A stretch of DNA of 64,000 nucleotides from an uncultured Acidobacteriota bacterium (GTDB lineage: Bacteria > Acidobacteriota > Thermoanaerobaculia > UBA5066 > Gp7-AA6). Below are positions 29,524-37,927 of the stretch, in pieces (positions within the stretch are counted from its first letter, which is position 1; every line of letters starts with the position of its first letter). The position numbers were made by a program, and so were the translations under genes. The stretch covers positions 168,128 to 232,127 of the forward strand of contig CAVUAN010000005.1 in assembly GCA_963739435.1 (NCBI GenBank), given 5' to 3'. The notes beneath the pieces were generated by a model that worked only from the letters and a program-made list of their open reading frames with translations, made no database searches and had not been told where the DNA came from.

Positions 29524-30429
29524 TTAAGGCTTCGTGCCCGCGACCGAAACCGGAAACGGCCCGATCCGGAGGTCCACCAGGCCGGATTCGAGAAACCACT
29601 TGCGAACCTCCGGCTCGGTGTGCGTCCACTGAAATCGAGGCGAATACCAGTCGAACGTGTCGAGGACCCGCCACTCGGGATCGGGGTGGCCCGACATCGG
29701 CAGTAGCCACCGGAGGGGCAGGGTGACGATCCGAGGGCTCCGAATCCTTCCGAGGCGATCGGCCATGCGGCTCCACCGAAGGAGCTGCTCCTTGGGCATC
29801 CGGGTCGTTCCGAGGCGATAGAACACGCTCATGAGCGTTCGCCACCGCAGCGAGCGCGGATAGACCCAGATCGCGATCCGTCCGCCGGGGCGAAGGTACG
29901 GGGGAAGCGCTCGGAACGCGTCGCGGGTGCTCGGCGTGTGATGGAGCACACCGACGCTGTAGATCGCATCGAATGTCTCTGGCGCAAAGGGAAGCGAGAA
30001 CAGGTCCGCCTGGACGACGGCGGCGTTCTCGAAGCGCTCCAGGTTGACGGCCGCCGCCTCGACCGCCTGCGAGAGATCCACACCGACGACCCGCGCGCCG
30101 GCGCCGGCGACAACCTCCATGAAACGCCCCATCCCGCACCCGACGTCGAGGATCGTCTTCCCGCGGAGATCAGCCAGGGAAAGGCCCGTCTTGGCGACGA
30201 ACGTGTCTCGAGATTCCGTCGTGCCGGCGGCAGAATCGAGCTGTGTCCGAGTGAAAATGTTCCATTGATATCCGAAGGTCGTCGCATAGGCCTCGGCCTC
30301 GACGAATCGAGGAATGGACCGAACGATCGGATAACGGCCGCCTTTTCCGACCAGGCTCTCGCCGTCCCGACGCAGGACACTGCCGTCGGCCGGATCCCGA
30401 AGCAGCTCCGCTAGCCAGCTTTTCATCAT
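29524..30429 (-). CDS. Class I SAM-dependent methyltransferase with N-terminal Trm112-like segment
   Basis: I trimmed the ORF to the ATG at 30429 (ATGA junction). Motif I is [24 protein letters not shown] and [12 protein letters not shown] are also present. Confidence 0.75.
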   Translation of the reverse strand: MMKSWLAELLRDPADGSVLRRDGESLVGKGGRYPIVRSIPRFVEAEAYATTFGYQWNIFTRTQLDSAAGTTESRDTFVAKTGLSLADLRGKTILDVGCGMGRFMEVVAGAGARVVGVDLSQAVEAAAVNLERFENAAVVQADLFSLPFAPETFDAIYSVGVLHHTPSTRDAFRALPPYLRPGGRIAIWVYPRSLRWRTLMSVFYRLGTTRMPKEQLLRWSRMADRLGRIRSPRIVTLPLRWLLPMSGHPDPEWRVLDTFDWYSPRFQWTHTEPEVRKWFLESGLVDLRIGPFPVSVAGTKP

Positions 30430-31769
30430 TTTGCGTGAGAAGGCGAAGATACCGCAGCTCCGCCGCCCGGCAGTTCCGCGGCCTTTGTCGGCGGAGAAGC
30501 AAGGACGGCGGCGAGAGAAAGCGGGTACCACCACCAGAGGTCGATGAAGCTCGCCGTGTGCAGTTGCTGGACGGCCGCGACCACGATGAGCACGGGAACC
30601 GCCAGGGCCGCGAAGGCGTCTGCCGGGCTCGCACGAAAACGCCGCCACGCGAGCGCCAGGGCGCCCGCCAGAAGGAGTGGGCCGAGAATCCCCATCTCAG
30701 CGGCGATCGCGAGCCAGCCGCACCAGGGATCCTTCGCGAAGAGCTGGTCAGCCTGGCGCGCCTCAAACACGATCGCAAACTGTCCCAGGCCGCACCCCAC
30801 GAGCGGCCTCGACTGAAAGAGCTCGGCCAGCAGCCGGACGTTGTAGATCCGGACCCAGGACGACTCCGGCAGCTCCGGGTTCATGGCGGGCAGGGCCGCG
30901 CGGGAGGCCCGGATGTTGTTGTAGCGCTCGACGAGCACCGAGCGAACCGGGCGGCCCCAGGGGGAAGAAACGGCCGCCATCACGAGCAACGCCGTCAGAG
31001 CCGCCGCGGCCAGGAGATTCTTGAGGCGAACGCGGCCGGATCGGATCAGGACGACGCTGCCCGCCACGAGCAGGGCGGAGAGGTCTGCATAGGAGCCCAA
31101 CGAAACCGTCGCCGCGATCGTCGCCGTCAGCAGCAGAGCCGGCACTCCCCAAGAAAAACGCTGCCGCGCCGATGAAGCGGAAAGAAACCCGGCGGCCACC
31201 AGCACGAGGACCCAGACCAGGTATCCACCCAGAAAAGACGGCTCGAGAAACACGGAAGTCGGCCGCAGATAGCTCCCCAGGTACATGAACTGGAAGATCC
31301 CGCGCTGGATCGGCCCGAGGCTCAGTCCCGTCCCGGGCCAATTGCGGAAGTGGCCGAGCGTCTGGTAGATGGCGAAACAGGAGACGAGCGTTGCCATGAC
31401 GACATGCGGGGCGACCAGCCGATTCCGGCCGTGGGGGCGCCCGGGGAGGGACGTCGCTGCCAGGAAGAACGCAGCCACCAGAAGCCAGTGCGCGTAGGAG
31501 ATACCAAACGCGGCGAGCGAAAAGGACGCCGGCCGGGACAGGAGCGCCAGCAGTGGGACCACAGCCGCGCCAAGACCAAACACCGCCGCCCCGGTCGCGA
31601 GCCCTCGCCGGAAGAGGGCCGGCAGACTCGCAACGACGAATGCCGCAGCCAGGACCGTCGCTGAGTCCACGGACTTCCCGAGCAGGTGGAAAGGCGGAAA
31701 CGCGTAGAACGGCACGGCGAGCCCGGTCAAAACGAACAACGCAAAACGCAGGCGTAGGACGGCTTTCAT
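30426..31769 (-). CDS. O-antigen ligase / Wzy_C-family polytopic membrane protein (ligase, polymerase or O-oligosaccharyltransferase)
   Basis: The 447-aa ORF has about 10-12 TM helices and a loop containing ..GSYLRPTSVFLEPSFLGGYLVWVL.. This loop resembles the Wzy_C signature region. Confidence 0.6.
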   Translation of the reverse strand: MKAVLRLRFALFVLTGLAVPFYAFPPFHLLGKSVDSATVLAAAFVVASLPALFRRGLATGAAVFGLGAAVVPLLALLSRPASFSLAAFGISYAHWLLVAAFFLAATSLPGRPHGRNRLVAPHVVMATLVSCFAIYQTLGHFRNWPGTGLSLGPIQRGIFQFMYLGSYLRPTSVFLEPSFLGGYLVWVLVLVAAGFLSASSARQRFSWGVPALLLTATIAATVSLGSYADLSALLVAGSVVLIRSGRVRLKNLLAAAALTALLVMAAVSSPWGRPVRSVLVERYNNIRASRAALPAMNPELPESSWVRIYNVRLLAELFQSRPLVGCGLGQFAIVFEARQADQLFAKDPWCGWLAIAAEMGILGPLLLAGALALAWRRFRASPADAFAALAVPVLIVVAAVQQLHTASFIDLWWWYPLSLAAVLASPPTKAAELPGGGAAVSSPSHAK

Positions 31770-32821
31770 CGGCGCCCGTCCCAGGACGGCTCGCCGCCTC
31801 CGCGCCCGGCCACTTCCTCGAAGATCCGGGCGAGCCGGGGAGCGTTGGCCTTGATCGAGTGCGCGCGCTCGGCGGCAGCCCGGCCCTTCTCACCGCAGCG
31901 GGCCGCGAGCGGCCGGTCCTCATAGAGCCTTTGGAGGCCCTCGAACCATTCCTGCGCGTTTCGCGCCGCGAGGCCAACGGGATCCTCGGCCAGAATCTCT
32001 GCGCCCGATCCGACCGGGCTGACCAGAACCGGAATGCCGAGGGCCATGTACTGGACCATCTTGGCCCCGCACTTGCCCCACGACCAATGGCTCTCCGGAA
32101 GGGGCATGAGGCCGACGTCCATTTTCCCGACGGAGTCCCGCTCCCCCGTCTCCGACCAGCGTTCGAACGTCCAGCTCCGCCGCGGGATTTTCGTAAAGAC
32201 CGGCTCCCGATCGCAGACGACGAGCAGCCGGGCATCCTGGTGCAGAGCCAGGAACTCTGCCAGGGGCTCCTCGATCCAATTGAGAAAAGCGAGGTTGTCC
32301 GCCGATCCGATCCAACCCACCGTCCACCCGCCGTTGCCGTGCGGAGGCCGGGGCTTCCAGACGTCGGTGTCGACACTGGTCGGCACGAGCCAGACTTTCT
32401 CCGAGAGTCCTCGGTAGTGCTCGGCGATGAAGCGGTTGCCGGCGACGACGCCGCGGCACCGCCTCGCGATCTGTTCGGCCTGGCCCGGCCGGCCCATGAG
32501 CCATATGGCGTCGTCCACCTCGAGCACGGTCTCCCGCGGAAGGAAGCGCTCGAAGGTGTAGCGGCCGGCGATCATGTCCCTCTCGAGCCAGACGACGTCG
32601 CTTCGCCGCGCCGTCAGAAGCAACGGGATCCGGGACACGACCCTGCCGACCCTCCAGAGCTGCCGGGCCGCCGGAAAGGGCGGCTTCGAGTACTTCTCGA
32701 CGAACGGACGGTGTTCCCGTACGTCGATGCCGAGGCGCCGCAGCGGCTCGATGTACTGCCGGATCCGAAACCGCGTCGAGGGGACGAAGCGGCCGGCCGT
32801 CAGGGCAGCGACCCTAATCAA
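31766..32821 (-). CDS. Glycosyltransferase (GT-B fold)
   Basis: Intact 351-aa ORF with a TTG start. The C-terminal half (..GLMPLPESHWSWGKCGAKMVQYMALGIPVLVSPVG..) is typical of GT1/GT4-like enzymes. Confidence 0.7.
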   Translation of the reverse strand: MIRVAALTAGRFVPSTRFRIRQYIEPLRRLGIDVREHRPFVEKYSKPPFPAARQLWRVGRVVSRIPLLLTARRSDVVWLERDMIAGRYTFERFLPRETVLEVDDAIWLMGRPGQAEQIARRCRGVVAGNRFIAEHYRGLSEKVWLVPTSVDTDVWKPRPPHGNGGWTVGWIGSADNLAFLNWIEEPLAEFLALHQDARLLVVCDREPVFTKIPRRSWTFERWSETGERDSVGKMDVGLMPLPESHWSWGKCGAKMVQYMALGIPVLVSPVGSGAEILAEDPVGLAARNAQEWFEGLQRLYEDRPLAARCGEKGRAAAERAHSIKANAPRLARIFEEVAGRGGGEPSWDGRR

Positions 32822-33776
32822 GCCGTTGCGCCCACACGGTCATGAGCCCGGTCTGCCGCACGGCGGCCATGAGTCTCGCAATGGGATGGAGCAAAAAGTG
32901 CCACAGGCGTCCTTCATGTTCCGGATAATTCGACATCCAGCGGGCGAGCCGACGCAGGATACGACGATCGGATAGCCAGTAGCCGAAGCTTCCGACGACG
33001 TTCCGCAGGTCCCGGTGGTAGAAGACCCGGTCGAGACGCCAGCCCGACAGACAGGAGGACGCGCCTCAGGGTCTCGGGTGTCGGATGCCAGAGGTGGTTG
33101 GGCAGGTGCAGCGCGTACCACCTCTCGCCGAAGAACCCGAGTTCCCAGCAGGCCGCGTTGGGAACGGACGCGACGAGCCAGCCCCCGGGTCTCGTCCACT
33201 CCCTCATCCTGCGAAGCGCGCCGACGGGGTCGTGCAGGTGCTCGAGCACCATCCAACCCACCACCAGGTCGAACGGCTTTGCCGGCGGCAGGGCGGCGGC
33301 GACCGGGCCGACCTGCACGGAGAGCCCCGCCATCCGCGCCTCGGCCCCCGCAGCGGCCGAGAACTCGATCCCCTCGACCTGCCAGCCCCGGCGCGCCATG
33401 TGATCCAGGAACTTGCCGGAGGCGCAGCCGATCTCGAGCATCCGGCCGGGCGCCTGCTCCGGGAGCCGTTGCGCGTTGCTGTCGAAGATCCGCCAGATCA
33501 ACGCTGCGAGCTTGCGCAGCCACGGAGGGCGCGCGCTTTCTTCCGGCACGCGCGTCCCGCGGTAGGGGCCATAGTCGTCCGGGTAGTAGACCTGGATCGA
33601 TTCGGGCGTCGGCCGCGGATTCGTCCGCAACAAACCGCAGAGGCGGCATCGCACCACCGTGAACTCGCCCGGAAGACCCTGCAGCCGGTCCCGACCCGTC
33701 AGGACGAAGTCGTCCCCCGCCGGGCAGCCCAGGGGGCAGCCGCCGACTCGAGCTCGACTGAGGCCGCCGCGCTCAT
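32814..33776 (-). pseudogene. SAM-dependent methyltransferase with N-terminal Cys4 zinc ribbon, two frameshifts (about 33700-33770 and about 33040-33050)
   Basis: The ATG at 33776 forms an ATGA junction with the upstream gene. The zinc ribbon GGCPLGCPAGDDF...VVRCRLCGL and the MT core (RMLEIGCASGKF; DLVVGWMVLEHLHDP) lie in a second frame. The C-terminus RLDRVFYHRDLRNVVGSFGYWLS...GLMTVWAQRLD* returns to the first frame. The total of 963 nt is a multiple of 3. Confidence 0.6.
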
Positions 33777-34492
33777 TTGCGCGCGATGACCGACCATCCG
33801 AGCGGACCGTTCTTCTCCTTCTCGAGCGGCTCGAGAAGGAGGAGGACGCTCTGCAGGATCCGGACGAGAACCAGGGCGACGAGCCGCACGGGCGCCCAGA
33901 GCAGCCGGCTGAGTCGAAACTGGCCCGACAGGAGGCCGGACCCCGGGATCACTTCCATGACGCGGGTCATCTCGTAGGCGAGCCTTGTAAAGAGCCCCCC
34001 AAACGGCGCGACGTCGACTCGGCCGAACCCCGCGTCGCCGCAGACCGAGCGAAGCCCGAAGGAGGTGAAGCGGAAGAAGTCGTGCGGGACCTGGTGCTCC
34101 GCCTGAGCCATGGGCGCCGTCAGATACAGAACACCGCCGGGCTTCAAGACCCGGTAGAGCTCCCGGACGCATTCTCTCGGCCACTCGAGGTGCTCGAGGA
34201 CCTGCGTGCAGAGAACCGCGTCCAGGCAAGCGTCCCGCAAGGGAAGCCGGTCCAGGAGCGCCAGGGAATCGAGGTTCGCGTAGTTCCAGGCCTGTTCGCC
34301 GACAGCCGAGTCCATGGCCACGTACCTGCAGTGCTTGAAGAACCTCTCGTAGGCGCACTCCCCCGCGCCCGCGTCCAGCAGCAGCGCGCCCGGAGCCACG
34401 GCCGCCGCGACGCTCTCGACGAACCGCGTGACGTGCCAGCGGCCCAGATCCGCGAGCCTCCCCGTGCGGGTGAAATCCTCGTTCAGTCTCAC
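33773..34492 (-). CDS. Class I SAM-dependent methyltransferase (type 11)
   Basis: The GTG at 34492 overlaps the upstream stop (GTGA). Family-typical segments are LLLDAGAGECAY, DAVLCTQVLEHLEWP and LKPGGVLYLTAP. Confidence 0.7.
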   Translation of the reverse strand: MRLNEDFTRTGRLADLGRWHVTRFVESVAAAVAPGALLLDAGAGECAYERFFKHCRYVAMDSAVGEQAWNYANLDSLALLDRLPLRDACLDAVLCTQVLEHLEWPRECVRELYRVLKPGGVLYLTAPMAQAEHQVPHDFFRFTSFGLRSVCGDAGFGRVDVAPFGGLFTRLAYEMTRVMEVIPGSGLLSGQFRLSRLLWAPVRLVALVLVRILQSVLLLLEPLEKEKNGPLGWSVIARK

Positions 34493-35763
34493 CGCGCCAC
34501 TGCCATCTGCGGGCGCAGGGCCTTCTTCATGAACGCCATCTGGAGAACCAGGTTGGCGATCGTGAACAGGCTCGTTGCTACGGCCACTCCGATCAGCCCG
34601 AACTCGAAGAACGCGAGAACCTTCAGCGGAACATAAAAAGTGAACGTGATGATGCCGAAGCGCGTCGGCGTGCGCGTATCGCCGGCCGCGTAGTAGGAGG
34701 CCGAGCTGATCTGGCCCAGCGCTCCGGCGATGAGCACTCCGCCCAGGCCGGCCATGAGCAGCCAGAGCTGGTTCACGTTCTGCGCGGTGACCCCGCCATG
34801 CCCGATGAGCAGGTGCAGGAGCCGATTGCCGGTAGCGAGAAAGACGGCGAACCCACCGCCGGCCAGGACCGCCATCCAGAGCAGCCGCTTGCGCACCATT
34901 CGCCGGAAGACGGGCCAGTCTCTCTGTGCCGCCTGCACGGCCAGCTTCGGGACCATCGGCGAGGTGATGGCCTTGTTCAGGACCTGGGACGCCGCTCCCC
35001 AGATCTGCTGGCCGATCACGAGCAGGGACAGGCCTCCGGCCGGAGCCATCGAAGACAGGAAGCGGTCCACGAGAGGATCGGTCTTGTAGTACGTCGTCCC
35101 GACGAGCAGAGGCCTGATCCGGCGCCAGGCCGTTCGAAACGCCGCGGCATCCCCGTGGCCAGTCCGCCATCCTCCGATGCCGGGCAGCAGGAGGGCGACC
35201 TGCAGGCCGGTCCGCAGCACGCCCGCCCACGCCGCGGCGAGAATGCCGATCCGCGGGAGGGTACCGACGAGGGCCACGAAGGCCAGCGAAGCGGCTATCA
35301 CAGGAACCGTGTCCGCCCAGAGAAAGCGGTGACGGGCGTATTGCGCGGAAGACAGCGCGGCGGCCCCCGCGGTGAACACGATCGAGAAGAGCTGGATGCG
35401 GGTCAGCCGCACGGTCAGCTCGAGAGCGGCCGGGTCGAAGCCCGGCAGAAGCCAGCGGACCCAGAGCGGGGCCGTCGCGAACATGAGGGCCGCGAACGCG
35501 GCAAAGACCCCCGTCACGCCCAGGAAGAAGCCCCAGGCCGTCCGGTTGAAGTGCTCCGGGTCTTCGTTGGCGAGCAGCGGCACGAGGACGTGCACCAGGG
35601 AGCCTCCCACGACCGCCAGGACGAGCTGGGGGACGGCCATCCCGGCGTAAAGCGCATCGGTTGCGACCCCGACGCCCAGGCTCGTGACGACATACCACTG
35701 GATCAGAAGACCCAGCAGCAGGTTCGTCGCCGCCAGCCAGCCCAGAGCGAGATTGAGCTTCAT
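34489..35763 (-). CDS. MurJ/MviN-like MOP-superfamily flippase, first gene of the glycan operon
   Basis: Intact 424-aa ORF with about 12 TM helices. The N-terminus (..LGVGVATDALYAGMAVPQLVLAVVGGSL..) resembles the MurJ family. Confidence 0.6.
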   Translation of the reverse strand: MKLNLALGWLAATNLLLGLLIQWYVVTSLGVGVATDALYAGMAVPQLVLAVVGGSLVHVLVPLLANEDPEHFNRTAWGFFLGVTGVFAAFAALMFATAPLWVRWLLPGFDPAALELTVRLTRIQLFSIVFTAGAAALSSAQYARHRFLWADTVPVIAASLAFVALVGTLPRIGILAAAWAGVLRTGLQVALLLPGIGGWRTGHGDAAAFRTAWRRIRPLLVGTTYYKTDPLVDRFLSSMAPAGGLSLLVIGQQIWGAASQVLNKAITSPMVPKLAVQAAQRDWPVFRRMVRKRLLWMAVLAGGGFAVFLATGNRLLHLLIGHGGVTAQNVNQLWLLMAGLGGVLIAGALGQISSASYYAAGDTRTPTRFGIITFTFYVPLKVLAFFEFGLIGVAVATSLFTIANLVLQMAFMKKALRPQMAVAR

Positions 35764-35781
35764 GAAGCTTGCGCCGCGCCG

Positions 35782-35810
35782 AAAGTCTCAGATTGAGGCG
35801 GAAACGTCAA
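35782..35810 (-). promoter_or_regulatory. Weak candidate promoter for the glycan operon
   Basis: The minus strand reads TTGACG, a 17-nt spacer, then GACTTT, about 18 nt before the ATG at 35763. The -10 element is poor and I saw no Shine-Dalgarno sequence. Confidence 0.2.
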
Positions 35811-35826
35811 ACCGGCCACATCGAGC

Positions 35827-35855
35827 TTGCACGGCGGTCGCGCCGGGATTACCCT
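35827..35855 (+). promoter_or_regulatory. Candidate sigma70-type promoter for fibre-like paralogue A1
   Basis: TTGCAC, a 17-nt spacer, then TACCCT. An equivalent box pair precedes paralogue A2. Confidence 0.35.
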
Positions 35856-35886
35856 AGGCGCACAAGAGATCTCGGTTCTGTTCAGG

Positions 35887-36046
35887 GGGAGTCCAACTCA
35901 ATTGTCTTGAGCCGTCCCAGCGGTTCCGGTTTTGGTCTTTGGACGGGAACCTCGGGGACGCCTCTCGACCGAAAGGAGGCGACCAGACACGGCCACACGA
36001 GCATCGCGATGTCGAAACCTGCTTTCATCAAGAATAGGAGGCTTTC
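35887..36046 (+). promoter_or_regulatory. Conserved leader of about 160 nt, copy 1 (candidate cis-regulatory RNA or operator region)
   Basis: By hand alignment, about 150 of 160 positions are identical to 40180-40337. The leader contains the palindrome CTCAA-TTGTC-TTGAG. It also contains the hairpin CGCCTC(11 nt)GAGGCG, whose 3' arm is a decoy Shine-Dalgarno sequence identical to the real GGAGGC at 36037-36042. Confidence 0.5.
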
Positions 36047-37867
36047 GTGAGTCGGAAAACAACCCGCTGGATCAGTCTCGCCCTGGGTCTGGTGTTCCTC
36101 GCAACGGTCCCCCTGCTCGCGGCCGCAGCAGCACCTCCCCTGACAAACTGGACCTCCCCGGCGACATACACCCCGCAATCGACTCGAAAGGGTCTTCATA
36201 CGGCCGGGGACCTCACGGGCCCACTGCCATTCGTTCCCATCGCACCGTGCCGGCAGTACAACACGACCAGTCCCGTGGCGCCGCTCCTGCAAGCCACGAA
36301 CCGGGCCGTGCCGCTGACGGGCGCGCCCTGCGGGATCCCGACAGATGCGGTCGCGGTTGCGGTCAACATCACGATTTTCAACATCATCGGCGCGGCTGGA
36401 AACGGCGTCTTCAAGGTCGACACCGTGTCGCCGCCACTGAACGCCTGGATCAACTATCCGCCGACGGAGGCGCAAAGGGGTAACGCCGGAGTCGTGTCCT
36501 TGAATGCCAGCGGCCAGATCATCGTTCAGGTGGCCCAGGGCGCCGGCCAGATCGACTTCGTCGTCGACACCAACGGCTACTACCCAAATACGGACTCCAC
36601 ACATCTCCTGAACGTTGGTGAAATGTTCCAGATAGCCTCGAACAACGCCGGCACCCCTGTGATCCTCGGTGTCAACACCAACACCAGCGCCAACAGCACC
36701 GGCGTCCGCGGCCTTGCCCTCAGCACGACCGGTGGCGGAATTGGGGTGTGGGGTCAGCACTTCGGCTCGGGCTGGGGCGTGTACGGCTTTTCGCCGAGCG
36801 GCATCGGGGCCTTCGGCCAATCCAATACCGGTCTTGGCGTTGAGGGACTGAGCACGGACTACAACGGTGTCTGGGCCCAAGCCACGAACTGGGATGCTCT
36901 GGCCGCGTTCGGCGGCCGGGATGGCGGATATCTCCAGGGCGCTCGCCACGGTGTCATCGGCGTCTCGACGGCGACAACCGGCATCGTCTACGGCGTCGAC
37001 GGGTCCTCAGCCAGTCCTGCCAACGGCTCCGCGGGAGTCCGAGGCTTCGATAGCAGCGGATACAGCCCGGCCGGGGCGCCAAACGGGCAGGCTGGAGTCT
37101 TTGGAACCAGTCAAACGACATTCGGTGTGGTGGGTACATCGCGTTACGCGGGTGTTTACGGGCAGCTCATGAACGGAGCGGATGCCCTGATCGCTTATGG
37201 CCTCCTCGGGACGACCTTTGGCACGGCCGCTGACACCACGACGGGTCCCTGGGGAGTCTTCTCCGCCGGTAACTTCGGAGCGACAGGCACGAAGCACTTC
37301 GTCGAGCCGCATCCGAGCGATCCCAAGAAGGTGATCCTGTACTCCTCGATTGAAGGTCGAACAGTCGATAACTTCTTCCGCGGTACGGCTCGTTTCGTCA
37401 ATCATGAAGCTGTCATCGAGGTGCCGGAAGACTTCCGCATCGTTACGGACGAGGACGGCCTGACGGTGCAGCTGACTCCGGTGGGAGGCTTTGCTTCAAT
37501 GTACATCGAGAGCCAGGACCTCAACCGGATCGTCGTGAAGTCCAACAAGGACGTGCAGTTCCACTACCTGATCCAGGGCATACGCCGGGCCTACAAGGAC
37601 TTCCTGCCAGTCCAGACAGGTTACGAGTTCATGCCGACCTCGCCGGAAGACCGGTTGCCCTTGTATCTGACAGAGGAATCCAGGCGGCGCCTGATCTCCA
37701 ACGGCACCTACAACGCCGACGGGACTGTCAATATGACGACGGCCGAGCGGGTGGGTTGGGCAAAGATTTGGGCCGACAAGGCTCAGGCAGCGGCTGAGGC
37801 GGCCAAGGCGGCCCAGGCGCGCGCGCAAGAGATGTCCGTCTCCAGGGTTTCTTCGCAACAGCAGTAG
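36047..37867 (+). CDS. Secreted fibre-like protein, paralogue A1: signal peptide, N-terminal two-Cys module, Gly-rich repeats, conserved C-terminal domain
   Basis: - GTG start after AGGAGG.
- Signal peptide MSRKTTRWISLALGLVFLATVPLLAAAAA.
- Module ..APCRQYNT..GAPCGIP..VVDTNGYY.
- Degenerate G-[VI]-x-G-x-S repeats.
- C-terminal region GTKHFVEPHPSDPKKVILYSSIEGRTVDNFFRG...NGTYNADGTVNM. Confidence 0.8.
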   Translation: MSRKTTRWISLALGLVFLATVPLLAAAAAPPLTNWTSPATYTPQSTRKGLHTAGDLTGPLPFVPIAPCRQYNTTSPVAPLLQATNRAVPLTGAPCGIPTDAVAVAVNITIFNIIGAAGNGVFKVDTVSPPLNAWINYPPTEAQRGNAGVVSLNASGQIIVQVAQGAGQIDFVVDTNGYYPNTDSTHLLNVGEMFQIASNNAGTPVILGVNTNTSANSTGVRGLALSTTGGGIGVWGQHFGSGWGVYGFSPSGIGAFGQSNTGLGVEGLSTDYNGVWAQATNWDALAAFGGRDGGYLQGARHGVIGVSTATTGIVYGVDGSSASPANGSAGVRGFDSSGYSPAGAPNGQAGVFGTSQTTFGVVGTSRYAGVYGQLMNGADALIAYGLLGTTFGTAADTTTGPWGVFSAGNFGATGTKHFVEPHPSDPKKVILYSSIEGRTVDNFFRGTARFVNHEAVIEVPEDFRIVTDEDGLTVQLTPVGGFASMYIESQDLNRIVVKSNKDVQFHYLIQGIRRAYKDFLPVQTGYEFMPTSPEDRLPLYLTEESRRRLISNGTYNADGTVNMTTAERVGWAKIWADKAQAAAEAAKAAQARAQEMSVSRVSSQQQ

Positions 37868-37889
37868 ATTCAGACCTGCGTGCGGATTC

Positions 37890-37927
37890 GAGGGCCGCGG
37901 CGCTAGGCCGCGGCCCTCTTCATTTTT
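37890..37927 (+). terminator. Rho-independent terminator after A1 (lies between convergent genes)
   Basis: A 12-bp perfect stem (GAGGGCCGCGGC / GCCGCGGCCCTC, 5-nt loop) is followed by TTCATTTTT. Confidence 0.7.

Noticed and set aside
36009-36050. A 13-codon upstream ORF (MSKPAFIKNRRLS*) whose TGA overlaps the GTG start of A1. It could be a coupling uORF.
   Set aside because: In the otherwise conserved copy upstream of A2 the ATG is ACG, so the uORF start is not conserved. I treat the region as non-coding leader.
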